A stretch of 62,882 nt of DNA, filler included, from an uncultured Methanosarcinales archaeon (lineage in GTDB: Archaea; Nanobdellota; Nanobdellia; Woesearchaeales; UBA12501), in NCBI GenBank assembly GCA_964397315.1. It is 6 parts of 6 records of this genome, joined end to end, with 100 filler letters (N's around TTAATTAATTAA, not from the genome) between each part and the next. Parts side by side here need not be neighbours in the genome. Positions count along the whole stretch, not along the records: positions 1 to 11,911 come from CAYNHV010000033.1; positions 12,012 to 23,804 come from CAYNHV010000034.1; 4 more parts are not named here. One strand, 5' to 3'. The stretch's first letter is position 1. Each line of letters starts with the position of its first letter. The notes below the pieces were generated by a model. The model had not been told where the DNA came from and did no database searches. It was given only the letters and a program-made list of their open reading frames with translations. The position numbers and the translations under genes are program-made. Shown here in pieces: positions 8,668 through 17,860 of the stretch.

Positions 8668-10452
8668 TTACACCATCTTTCTTATCTCTTTTGCTATTGC
8701 CCTGGAATCAATACCGTGCTTTCTCCTCAGCTCTTCCGGCTTCCCTGACCTTGGTATATCCCTTATGTAGAGGTGGCGTATCCTCTCAACAATGCTTCCC
8801 ACTATTGTTCCGATGCCGCCGTAATAATGGTCTTCAACAACAACCACATTGTTCCCGCACTCTCTCGCGTTCATGAGGAGCTGTGTTGTGTCAGCAGGCT
8901 TTACAGAGTAAAGGTCTATGACTCTTGCGCTTATGCCCTCCTTCTTCAGCTTTTCGTGTGCTTTCAGTGCCTCGTGCACTGTGATTCCTGCAGCTATTAT
9001 AAGGGCCCTGTCCTGTTTGCTCTTTCTCAATACCTTTAGTTTTCCTATCGGAAACTTTTCATTGTTCCTGTATACTACAGGCGTTTTCTCCCTCGTTGTC
9101 CTGAGGTATGATATCCCCTTATGGCCTGCCATCTCCTTCACGCAGTTCTCTGCTGAGACCGCATCGCAGGGGTAGAGTATGACTGAGTCAGGTATTCCCA
9201 TGAGCATGTTAATGTCCTCAAGCCCCATTTGCGAGGGCCCGTCCTCGCCAATGCTCACTCCTGCGTGGCTTCCGACAAGCTTTATGTCCGCCTCAGAGTA
9301 CCTTGCCATTCTTATGAAATCATACGCCCTTGTGAGGAAGGCGCCGAATGTGGCTGCGAAAGGCCTGAACCCGCCTGCTGAAAGCCCCATTGCCATGCCT
9401 GTCATGTTCTGCTCTGCTATGAAAGACTCAAAACTTCTTTCAGGGAATGCCCTGAAGAATGCCTCTGTCCTTGTTGAGTTCCTCACATCCCCGTCCAGCA
9501 CGACAATGTCCCTGTTCTTTGCCCCCAGCCTGACAAGGGCGTTGCCGAAAGCGCTTCTTGTCGCGATCATCTCTCCTTTCCTGTATCTTGTGGGCTGGAA
9601 AGAGCCCTTCCTCCTGGATGGCCTGTTGTACCTTACTGCTGATTTCAGCGTTGTTGAGGGCTCTCCTATCTCGCTTACTGCCTTTTCCATCTCCTCATTG
9701 CTTAGCGGCCTGCCGTGCCAGCCGTTCCTGTCCTCTGCAAAAGGTATTCCCTTTCCCTTTACTGTCCTGGCTATTATGGCGCACGGCTTTCTGCTCCTGC
9801 CTGCTGCTTCCATTGCCTTGAGAATCTCCCTCATGTCATGGCCGTTGATTATCACTGCCTTCCAGCCGAAGGATTCAAGCCTTGACTTGTATTCCTTCAG
9901 GCAGCGGCCCTCCAGGGTCTGCTGTGACTGGCCCAGCCTGTTGGCATCAACAATAGCGCAAAGGCCGCCTGTATTGTAGTATGATGCTATGTTTGCCGCC
10001 TCCCAGACAGAGCCCTCGGCGCATTCGCCGTCTCCGAGAAGAACATAAACATTTCCCTTATCCCCCTTCAGCCTTTTTGCAAGCGCCATGCCCAGGCCTG
10101 CAGAGAGGCCCTGCCCCAGGCTTCCTGTTGCTATCTTCACCATCCTCATCCTTGGTGTCGGGTGGCCCTCAAGAACACTGTCAAGCTTCCTGAGCCTCAT
10201 GAGATCCTTTCCTGGTATGATTCCTGCCTCTGCATACGCTGCCCAGAGTATGGGGGCTGCATGGCCTTTTGAGAGTATGAACTCATCATTCCTTTTCATG
10301 ACTGAGAAGAACAATGCAGACATTATCTCCGCGCATGACATGCATGATGTTGGATGGCCTGATCCAGCTGCTGTGGTCGCTCTTATTGAATGAACCCTCA
10401 GCTTGTCTGCCATCAGCTTCAGGCCCTTTAGATCACCCTTTTTTGAGGCCAT
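8668..10452 (-). CDS. tkt: Transketolase (single chain)
   Basis: GSGHPTSCMS, LSKGHAAP, TGSLGQG, GDGECAEG (TPP motif), IAEQNM, GEDGPSQM. Confidence 0.95.
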   Translation of the reverse strand: MASKKGDLKGLKLMADKLRVHSIRATTAAGSGHPTSCMSCAEIMSALFFSVMKRNDEFILSKGHAAPILWAAYAEAGIIPGKDLMRLRKLDSVLEGHPTPRMRMVKIATGSLGQGLSAGLGMALAKRLKGDKGNVYVLLGDGECAEGSVWEAANIASYYNTGGLCAIVDANRLGQSQQTLEGRCLKEYKSRLESFGWKAVIINGHDMREILKAMEAAGRSRKPCAIIARTVKGKGIPFAEDRNGWHGRPLSNEEMEKAVSEIGEPSTTLKSAVRYNRPSRRKGSFQPTRYRKGEMIATRSAFGNALVRLGAKNRDIVVLDGDVRNSTRTEAFFRAFPERSFESFIAEQNMTGMAMGLSAGGFRPFAATFGAFLTRAYDFIRMARYSEADIKLVGSHAGVSIGEDGPSQMGLEDINMLMGIPDSVILYPCDAVSAENCVKEMAGHKGISYLRTTREKTPVVYRNNEKFPIGKLKVLRKSKQDRALIIAAGITVHEALKAHEKLKKEGISARVIDLYSVKPADTTQLLMNARECGNNVVVVEDHYYGGIGTIVGSIVERIRHLYIRDIPRSGKPEELRRKHGIDSRAIAKEIRKMV

Positions 10453-10537
10453 AACACCGTATCTGGAATATTACTTTATAAAACTTATGGAATAAGGCAG
10501 GGCAATCTTTTTATATCACTCCAGGGAACAAAATATT

Positions 10538-11212
10538 ATGACACTGCATTCAATAAAAGAAAGGATACCTCCTGAATTGTATTCAGTGCTTGACAAGAAC
10601 GGAATATCAGAGCTGAGGCCCGCCCAGAGAAAGGCAATCAAGGCAGGCCTGCTTGAAGGAAAGAACATTCTCGTCTGCACGCCCACAGCTTCGGGCAAGA
10701 CGCTGATTGCAGAGCTTGCTCTTGTGTCATCAATACTCAAGAGAAAGGGAAAGTGCATATACATAGTCCCTCTAAAGTCGCTTGCTTCTGAGAAGTACAA
10801 TGAGTTCATGGAGAAATATGGGAATCTTTTCAGGATAGCAATATCAATAGGGGACATTGACTCATCAGACCCCTTTCTGAGAGATTATGACCTGGTGATA
10901 TCAACTTCTGAGAAAGTGGACTCCCTCATAAGGCACAGGGCTGACTGGCTCAGGGAGGTGGGTGTTGTTGTCATAGACGAGATCCATCTTCTGAATGATC
11001 CCGGCAGGGGACCCACTCTTGAGATACTCATAACACTGCTCAGGCAGATTCTCAGGAATGTCCAGATACTCGGGCTCAGCGCCACAATAGGCAACCCTGG
11101 CGAGCTTGCAGAATGGCTCGGCGCGGGGCTTGTTCAGGACAAGTGGAGGCCTGTTGAGCTCAGAAGGGGAACCTATCTTGACGGCTCTGTTGAGTTCACC
11201 CAGGGAGATTAA
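10538..11212 (+). CDS. Ski2/Hel308-like helicase, N-terminal RecA domain only
   Basis: Q motif LRPAQ, PTASGKT, PLKSLA, DEIH, SAT, WRPV; ends before motifs IV-VI. Confidence 0.88.
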   Translation: MTLHSIKERIPPELYSVLDKNGISELRPAQRKAIKAGLLEGKNILVCTPTASGKTLIAELALVSSILKRKGKCIYIVPLKSLASEKYNEFMEKYGNLFRIAISIGDIDSSDPFLRDYDLVISTSEKVDSLIRHRADWLREVGVVVIDEIHLLNDPGRGPTLEILITLLRQILRNVQILGLSATIGNPGELAEWLGAGLVQDKWRPVELRRGTYLDGSVEFTQGD

Positions 11213-11795
11213 TATTCTTCCTTGCCTTCTCCACATCAAAGGCTTTCTCCTTTGGAAGCTCAAAATCCTTCTTGTCCACATCAGCCTTTATGCAGGTGGC
11301 ATTGGCTGGAGAGATCTTGTCAATCAGCTCCTGCTCTGAGAATACGCCTCTTGTCATCTGCTTTTCAGAGAGCTTCATGTCAGGCAAGTAGTCAAACTTG
11401 AGCCAGGTATTATACATCTTTGAGAACCTGTAGAGAGTGCTGTTTGTTATGAAAGCTGTTGTGTTGCTGTCAGACCAGAGGATGTCCTGCCGTATGATAC
11501 CCTGCCTGAACTTCAGTGACATGGGCCCGTAGGATGTCATTATGGTGCAGACATAGCCGTCCTTGTCCTCCAGCGCAGCGCTCAAAGGAATTGTTTTCTG
11601 CCCCTTCTGGATGCTTTCCCTGACCTGAGTTATGCTCTCTTCAATTGATGTGCCCTTGATTCTTTCGTCAGATGATACATCCTCAACAAGCTTTTTCTCA
11701 GGGCTGAAGGATGCCTTTATGCTGAGAACAGAGAAATACACAACAAGGCCAATAATGAGAACTCCTGCTCCTGCAAGGATATACCTCTTTTTCAT
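11196..11795 (-). CDS. Hypothetical membrane-anchored protein
   Basis: 199-aa ORF with N-terminal hydrophobic helix; TATA-like TTTATAAA about 25 nt upstream. Confidence 0.75.
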   Translation of the reverse strand: MKKRYILAGAGVLIIGLVVYFSVLSIKASFSPEKKLVEDVSSDERIKGTSIEESITQVRESIQKGQKTIPLSAALEDKDGYVCTIMTSYGPMSLKFRQGIIRQDILWSDSNTTAFITNSTLYRFSKMYNTWLKFDYLPDMKLSEKQMTRGVFSEQELIDKISPANATCIKADVDKKDFELPKEKAFDVEKARKNINLPG

Positions 11796-11911
11796 AAGGC
11801 GCTTGTATCCTGAAGAAGTTTATAAAGCTTTTGATGGGGTCAACGCGCCTGAGGAACTTTATTGAAAATGGCGCAAAGCCATTTTCCAGTGGGTTTAAAG
11901 AAAATCCCGAC

Positions 11912-12011
11912 NNNNNNNNNNNNNNNNNNNNNNNNNNNNNNNNNNNNNNNNNNNNTTAATTAATTAANNNNNNNNNNNNNNNNNNNNNNNNNNNNNNNNN
12001 NNNNNNNNNNN
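11912..12011. other. Artificial contig linker
   Basis: N-run / TTAATTAATTAA / N-run. Confidence 0.99.
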
Positions 12012-12146
12012 TGATTTAGAATTAGTTGGTGCTATCTCATTTAGAAAATCCCTTCGGAGATACTGTGTCTACCGAAATATTTATAAAGGAACAAACAAAA
12101 TCACACCCTGTAATTGTTATTCACAACCCCAAAACGAGGTGATCAG

Positions 12147-12746
12147 ATGGCAAGAAAAGCATCATTACAGCTTTCTATTAACGCTATAGTCATAGTTGTT
12201 CTCGCTTTCGTGCTTCTGGGCCTTGGCCTCGGCTTCATAAGAAGCCAGTTCAAGGACATTGGCTCAACAACCCAGCAGGTGCAGGAGCAGGTCAAGCAGC
12301 AGATTCTTGAGGACCTGAGGACAGGGGACAAGAAACTCTCTTTCCCCACACAGAGGGTACAGCTTGAGAAAAACGAAGGAAAGGACCTTGCTATTGGCGT
12401 AAAGAACACGCTTCCGCAGGGAGAGCTCAAGTTCTATATCAATTCTTTTGTGGCTCAGGAAAAAGAAACAGGACTTGAATGCGACCAGGATTACAACATT
12501 GGGGACTCCTATTCAGGAATAGCCACAGACTGCCCTGACGGGGAAATAGAGACTCTTGAGTTCTTTTATGATGAGGGCCCTTACACCTTAAGCGTTGCGA
12601 GCGCTGAGGTCTATCCCATAAGCATAGAAGATGCAAAAGGGGAATCAAGCACCTCCCTTGTGAAAGTGAGAATTTATTCTGTGGATGATAGCGACAATAT
12701 ACAATCAGTCTACGCAGAGAAGAGCTTCTTTGTGCAGGTAACATAA
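12147..12746 (+). CDS. Type IV pilin-like protein (class III signal peptide)
   Basis: MARKA|SLQLSINAIVIVVLAFVLLGLG; SD GAGGTGA upstream of ATG 12147. Confidence 0.75.
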   Translation: MARKASLQLSINAIVIVVLAFVLLGLGLGFIRSQFKDIGSTTQQVQEQVKQQILEDLRTGDKKLSFPTQRVQLEKNEGKDLAIGVKNTLPQGELKFYINSFVAQEKETGLECDQDYNIGDSYSGIATDCPDGEIETLEFFYDEGPYTLSVASAEVYPISIEDAKGESSTSLVKVRIYSVDDSDNIQSVYAEKSFFVQVT

Positions 12747-12755
12747 GGTGATATC

Positions 12756-12989
12756 ATGGCGCGCCAAAAGAAAAAACTCACTGATCAGCAGGAATTTGAG
12801 ATAATGAAGCTTGTGCTGGACAAGTTCCTCTGGCTGGGCTTCATAGTCATGGCTGTGGGAATGTACATGTTCTTCACAAAAGGGTATGAGGAGCTTTCAA
12901 CAAGCATATCACTGCTTGTCGCAGGAGCCATAATACTGCTCATCTTCATGGTCCTTATTGTGAAGGAGTATGAGATAATAAAACAGTAG
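12756..12989 (+). CDS. Small two-TM membrane protein
   Basis: SD AGGTGA; two hydrophobic helices; lies between the two pilin-like genes. Confidence 0.8.
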   Translation: MARQKKKLTDQQEFEIMKLVLDKFLWLGFIVMAVGMYMFFTKGYEELSTSISLLVAGAIILLIFMVLIVKEYEIIKQ

Positions 12990-13033
12990 CATCATGCAAA
13001 CTCTTTTTTTATTCTTGAATCTTACCTTGTAAA

Positions 13034-13597
13034 ATGGAAAGCAAAAAAGGCATCCAGCTGTCTGTGAACTTTATAGTCACCTTCATTCTAGCCATTGTGC
13101 TGTTCGGCATGGGCATCATGTTCGCGAGGATGATAATGGGCGGGGGAACAGAGCTCTCTGAAAAGACGTATGACCAGTTTGACAAGAAGATAGGGGAGCT
13201 GGCCTGCAGCAGGGGGGAGCATGTTTGCATCGCGGGCAACAGCAAGACCATAGAGAGGGAGAGCGTGGACGTGTTTCCTGTCACAATAAAGAACAGCCTT
13301 CCTGACAGGCTGGACTTCCAGATGAAGGTGGAACTCAGCAGGGCTTTCACAAAGGACAACAGTAAGATTGATGAGAGCAAACGAAAGATTGAATGGATGC
13401 CTGAGGAGGATGTTTTTGTGCTTGAGCCCGGAGAGGAGGCAACAAGGCCCATCCTTGTAAAGCCGCTGGGAGGCACGCTTCCCGGAAGGTACTCTTTTGA
13501 TGTTGAGGTCTTCTCAAAAAAGCCTGATGAAGATGAAAATAAATTCCAGCCATACCCTGATAAAGGGGTGAAGAAGTTCTACGTGACTGTTGAGTGA
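13034..13597 (+). CDS. Type IV pilin-like protein (class III signal peptide)
   Basis: MESKKG|IQLSVNFIVTFILAIVLFG; paralogous layout to 12147-12746. Confidence 0.75.
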   Translation: MESKKGIQLSVNFIVTFILAIVLFGMGIMFARMIMGGGTELSEKTYDQFDKKIGELACSRGEHVCIAGNSKTIERESVDVFPVTIKNSLPDRLDFQMKVELSRAFTKDNSKIDESKRKIEWMPEEDVFVLEPGEEATRPILVKPLGGTLPGRYSFDVEVFSKKPDEDENKFQPYPDKGVKKFYVTVE

Positions 13598-13598
13598 G

Positions 13599-13838
13599 TC
13601 ACCTGTTTTCCTTCAGGAACTCCCTTATGAGATCCTCAACCTGGGCTGACATGTTGATGTTGTTCTTTCTGCAGTAGGACCTGAACTTCCCCATAAGGAT
13701 CTCACCTATCGTGAATGTGGCTCTTTCCTTGTAATCTGCCTTTCTCAGCTTTCCTGTCCTGTCCAGCTCCTCAAGAGCCTCAAAGAGGTCCTGGTTCTCA
13801 TTTATTATCTTTCTTGCCTTCTCAGCTATTGATGCCAT
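13599..13838 (-). CDS. Ribbon-helix-helix protein, putative antitoxin
   Basis: C-terminal RATFTI...FRSYC...MSAQVEDLIREFL; overlaps the stop of the upstream Doc gene. Confidence 0.65.
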   Translation of the reverse strand: MASIAEKARKIINENQDLFEALEELDRTGKLRKADYKERATFTIGEILMGKFRSYCRKNNINMSAQVEDLIREFLKENR

Positions 13839-14163
13839 TTTTTATCATCCTCATTATCCTGTTTATGTCCCTGGCATTCTTTTTTGATATGAGGTATGCG
13901 ATGTTCACCAGCTTCTGCCTGTCATACTCAACACCCTTGTCCTCAAAGTAAAGCAGGACTAAAGCAAGAGCTGTTCTTTTATTGCCGTCCCTGAAAGCAT
14001 GGTCCACAAGGAGGCTTCTTACAATATAACTGAGCTCGTAAAGCCAGCTTTTGTTTTGTTTTATTATGCTGAGCGCGAATTCAAGAGAGCTCTCATTCTG
14101 CAGTTCTCCTGTCTCGCCTATGTCAACATTTATGGATATTAAATCCTTCTTATTTAAATTCAT
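13822..14163 (-). CDS. Doc-type Fic family toxin
   Basis: HAFRDGNKRTA matches HxFx(D/N)GNKR. Confidence 0.88.
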   Translation of the reverse strand: MNLNKKDLISINVDIGETGELQNESSLEFALSIIKQNKSWLYELSYIVRSLLVDHAFRDGNKRTALALVLLYFEDKGVEYDRQKLVNIAYLISKKNARDINRIMRMIKNGINS

Positions 14164-14166
14164 ATT

Positions 14167-14200
14167 AGTATGAATAAGTATGAATAAGTTATATATAAAT
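14167..14200 (-). promoter_or_regulatory. TATA box plus tandem direct repeat (putative operator) of the doc-RHH operon
   Basis: AGTATGAATA x2 (14167-14186) between TATA-like TTTATATA and the start codon. Confidence 0.5.
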
Positions 14201-14208
14201 TTTTCGCT

Positions 14209-14955
14209 TCAGAACCCCTTCACTATCTTCCCAAAGCTCTCTGCGTCAAGGCCCGCGCCTCCCACCAGAGCGCCGTTAATGTTCTTCCGGGCCATTAATT
14301 CCATGATATTGTCAGGCTTCACAGAGCCGCCGTATATTATCCTCACAGAATCCGCAGCGCTGCCGAACATGGATGAGAGGGTTTTTCTTATGAGCTCGTG
14401 CATCTCCTCAGCCTGCTCAGGAGAGGCTGTGTGTCCAGAGCCTATGGCCCATATCGGCTCGTAAGCTAGTGTCACATGCCTCATGTCCTCCTTTTTCACA
14501 TCCCTGAGGCCCTCCTCAATCTCCCTCTCTATGAATTCCTTGTGCTCCCCTTTTTCCCTTGTCTCCCTGCTCTCCCCAACGCAGAGTATGGCATTGAGCT
14601 CGTCAGCAACAGACTTTCTTATCTTCTTGTTGATTATGTCATTGCCCTCCTTGAAGTACTTCCTCCTCTCTGAGTGGCCTATTATAACAAACTCACAGCC
14701 CACGTTCTTCAGCATCTCAGGGCTGACCTCTCCTGTGAATGCTCCTTCTTCCTCCCAGAACACGTCCTGCGCTCCGAGCATTATGTTTGTTCCTTTTATC
14801 ACATGATGCACTTCCTCAAGAGCCGTGAATGGAGGGCACACAAGAATATCCCTGTCATTGACACCCTCAACTATTGCCTTCAGCCTCGCTGCTGTGTTCA
14901 CAGACTCCTCAACTGTCTTGTGCAGCTTCCAGTTAGCAGCTATTAATGGTCTCAT
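14209..14955 (-). CDS. tpiA: Triosephosphate isomerase (bacterial type)
   Basis: AANWK, GAFTGE, GHSERR, AYEPIWAIG, YGGSV, LVGGA; ATG overlaps the lgt stop. Confidence 0.97.
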   Translation of the reverse strand: MRPLIAANWKLHKTVEESVNTAARLKAIVEGVNDRDILVCPPFTALEEVHHVIKGTNIMLGAQDVFWEEEGAFTGEVSPEMLKNVGCEFVIIGHSERRKYFKEGNDIINKKIRKSVADELNAILCVGESRETREKGEHKEFIEREIEEGLRDVKKEDMRHVTLAYEPIWAIGSGHTASPEQAEEMHELIRKTLSSMFGSAADSVRIIYGGSVKPDNIMELMARKNINGALVGGAGLDAESFGKIVKGF

Positions 14956-15734
14956 GCTCTCCTCTTTTTGCAGGTGATAAGTGCGGTTATGCAAGACCTG
15001 TATTTTAATGTTATGGCTGCAGAAGCTGCAATAAAGAAAACAATGCTCAGCCACTGGCCCATTGTGAGAGTATAGGAGGGGTCTAAAGTCTGGAACTCCT
15101 TGAAGAACTCAATGAAGAACCTGAGGAAGGAGTAGATAAGCACAAAGCTCCAGAACAAAAGGCCTTCAGGCAGCTTCCTCAGGCTTCTTATGCCAAGCAG
15201 AATCCCGAACACAGCAAGGTTCATCACAGCCTCATAGAGCTGGGCAGGATGCCTCATATTGCTGTCATAATTCTCAAACCTCACAGCCCATGCAGCATCA
15301 GTAACTCTGCCCACGATCTCTCCATTGATGAAATTGCCTATTCTCACGAAAACAGAGCCCAGTGCAATGGGTATTACAGCAAGGTCAGCAATCCTGTAGA
15401 AGCTGATGTTGTGTCTCCTGCAGAATATGAGAGTTGCTATGATACCACCTATGAAAGCTCCGTGGCTGGCAAGGCCGCCCTCCCAGATGAAAAGCATCTT
15501 TAAAGGGCTTGCAAAGTAATAGGCAGGCTCGTAGAAGAGTATCTCGCCCAGCCTTGCGCCTATGATAATGCCCAGGAAGATGTGGATGAAGTAAGAGTCA
15601 ATAGTTGAAGGGGCTATTCCCTCCTTTCCGGCCAGCCTCCTGAGGATCACGTAACCGCAGACAAATGCCAGGGCCATGAGCAGGCCGTACCATCTTATCT
15701 CAAGAGGGCCTATGGTGACTAATGTCGGGTCCAT
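14952..15734 (-). CDS. lgt: Prolipoprotein diacylglyceryl transferase
   Basis: RWYG, GARL, GGLASHG, RIGNFINGE, RHPAQLYE, YSFLRFFIEFF. Confidence 0.94.
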   Translation of the reverse strand: MDPTLVTIGPLEIRWYGLLMALAFVCGYVILRRLAGKEGIAPSTIDSYFIHIFLGIIIGARLGEILFYEPAYYFASPLKMLFIWEGGLASHGAFIGGIIATLIFCRRHNISFYRIADLAVIPIALGSVFVRIGNFINGEIVGRVTDAAWAVRFENYDSNMRHPAQLYEAVMNLAVFGILLGIRSLRKLPEGLLFWSFVLIYSFLRFFIEFFKEFQTLDPSYTLTMGQWLSIVFFIAASAAITLKYRSCITALITCKKRRA

Positions 15735-15874
15735 GCAGAAGAGGAGCTGCCTGCTAATTAAAAAGTTAATGGTTGGGGGCCTGTGGCTTTAGAAGACTGT
15801 GATTTTATTTGCTTTTTCTCAGGTCCTGTAATGCCTTGTTCCGTAGCAGTTCCATGATTGTTGTTAAGGATCTA

Positions 15875-16790
15875 TTATCTGCCTATTTTTTTGATAAGTT
15901 CTTCTATAAACCTGTTTATTCTTTCAACAAACGCATTGAAATCACCGCCTAATGGTTTAAGCAATAACTTTTCTTCCTGTCCGACTATGAATTTAGGGGG
16001 CTCTTTCCGCTTTTCCATAAGATTGCCAAGGTATTTCTCATATTTCAGCATATATCCTGTCTTTTCTATTACCTTTGATCCAAAATCATCTATCCTCAAT
16101 CCATCATGCTTTTCTATCATGTAGATATCAATGAAGTCCCTCAGTTTTGATCCTTGCCTTGTCAGTATCGCCCTTGCCTTTTCTATCAAGATCTCCCTCA
16201 CATCATAAACCCAGACCTCTGCCTTCTCAAACACCCACCCCAATTCAGGAAACAGAAACAAGGCCTCCTTTTTATCAATATCTCCTAAAATACTTGGCAC
16301 GGCTTTTTTCAGCTTATATTCGAATTTCTCGACATAATTTACCTGTATCTTTATGAACTGTTCCTCCCCCATCTCTGCAGAGTCGTACCAGAGCTTGAAA
16401 GTCGTGAACCTGCCTCCGCCCCCGAACTCGATGAAGCGGCTGTCTTTCTTGTCCGCCTTAAATCTAAAGCCTGTTTTATCGGCTATTGATTCCAGCAGGC
16501 TGCCCAGCGTGGAGATTTCGCCAGAGATAATCTTTCTTATGCCCTTCTCAGTCTTATCTGCAAATATCCTCTGATTAATCCATGTAAAATCAAGGTCTTC
16601 AGAGAACCTGTAATAGCCAAGATAGCATTTTATCAGGCACGTCCCCTTTGAAAGCATAGTTCCCTGAAAAATGGGCATTTGAGCTTAATTCTACGAGCAG
16701 CCTGTGCAGGAGGAGGTCTTTCTCTATAAGACTTTTCTGCCTTACCTTTGCCTTTTCAGAGACAAAATTGATTATTTCCCTGCTTATCAT
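15875..16790 (-). pseudogene. AbiEii-family nucleotidyltransferase toxin, frameshifted at about 16643-16646
   Basis: MISRE...IEKD...YAFKG in one frame, then GTCL...RFSEDLDF...EK...RDFID in the next; break lies inside the FKGGT motif. Confidence 0.85.
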
Positions 16791-17416
16791 GCCAACCCCT
16801 TGATTATTTTGATGACTGTTTTTGGATATTTCTTTGAATAATCCATGAGCTTCTTTTTGCTGCAATTCTTGATGTATGGGGATATGTCATCCTTTATCCT
16901 GGCGTCTGAAAGACCATTGTATTTCCCGAAATAAGCCATGTCAAGGACGGTTTTTTCAATGTCTGAATGAGGAAGATCCCCATTTTTTACGCCGAATCCG
17001 AACAGGCCTTTCTTTGCCTTCAGGAACTTTATCTTATGGCCGAATATCTCGAACGGCTTGGGCCGTGATATACTGTCTGAGATGATAAAATCAACTGAGA
17101 AGTATTCATGCGTCAGGTTATTCAGTTTCAGGGCTGTTTCAAGGCCGAAATACCAGTTTTTGACGCCTTTTACGGACAGCGCCTCCCTTATGGCGTCGGC
17201 ATAGCTCATGTCCTCTTTTTTCAGCTTTCTCTCCTCTGTGCTTTTTATGTAAAAGATTCCCCTTAAAACCCTCACTATATATCCATTGGAAAGGAGGTAG
17301 CCTATTGCGGAGTAATAGTTGAGATGCAGGGATCTGCAGTAACCCTTTATTTTATTGCCTACTATGATCTTCCCTTTCTCCATCCCAAGTTTCCTTGCCA
17401 AAAGCTTGTATGACAT
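16787..17416 (-). CDS. AbiEi-like antitoxin / transcriptional regulator
   Basis: RVLRGIFY, YFGLETAL, SDIEKTVLD; ATGA-coupled to the AbiEii gene. Confidence 0.8.
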   Translation of the reverse strand: MSYKLLARKLGMEKGKIIVGNKIKGYCRSLHLNYYSAIGYLLSNGYIVRVLRGIFYIKSTEERKLKKEDMSYADAIREALSVKGVKNWYFGLETALKLNNLTHEYFSVDFIISDSISRPKPFEIFGHKIKFLKAKKGLFGFGVKNGDLPHSDIEKTVLDMAYFGKYNGLSDARIKDDISPYIKNCSKKKLMDYSKKYPKTVIKIIKGLA

Positions 17417-17417
17417 T

Positions 17418-17458
17418 TTAAGTTATAATTGTATATATTTTATATAGTTATAATTTAA
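17418..17458. promoter_or_regulatory. Imperfect inverted repeat, putative AbiEi operator
   Basis: TTAAGTTATAATTGTATA ... TATATAGTTATAATTTAA directly upstream of abiEi. Confidence 0.55.
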
Positions 17459-17538
17459 ACCTTATTTATATATTTTTCGGTTTTATCAGCCTTTTAGGCT
17501 TGTGCCTTAACAGGATATATGAATAGATGGGGCACAAT

Positions 17539-17719
17539 GTAACAAAAATCCACAGCTCACAGTTAATAGGCTAAAGGTTTCAAAAAGCTAAGCTTTTTGG
17601 AATACCAAAAATTGAAAATTTTTGATTCATATGGCTTTACGCTACTCGCTTTTGGCAGGCGGATTTTTGGAGCTTTTAAAAGCATCCTCACTAAAGTGAG
17701 GAGCTTTCGGCTTGTTAAA
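17539..17719. repeat. Dispersed structured repeat family A, copy 2
   Basis: Aligns to 4687-4870. Confidence 0.9.
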
Positions 17720-17860
17720 GAACTTGTCAAAAATATATCTTTCATTTACCTTAATCTTGTCAATCCTGCACTCACTTATTTATAAAGAAGTTGTTAAAAA
17801 TAGAAAGATTTATAAATAAACAAAAGTTACATATATTCATAACTTTGGTTAATCGTTAAA

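Noticed and set aside
11912..12011. TTAATTAATTAA flanked by Ns, five times
   Set aside because: Artificial all-frame-stop linker joining contigs; not biological, and no synteny inferred across it
17563..17785. Short ORFs on both strands
   Set aside because: They overlie repeat family A, and the other copy has indels that break the frames
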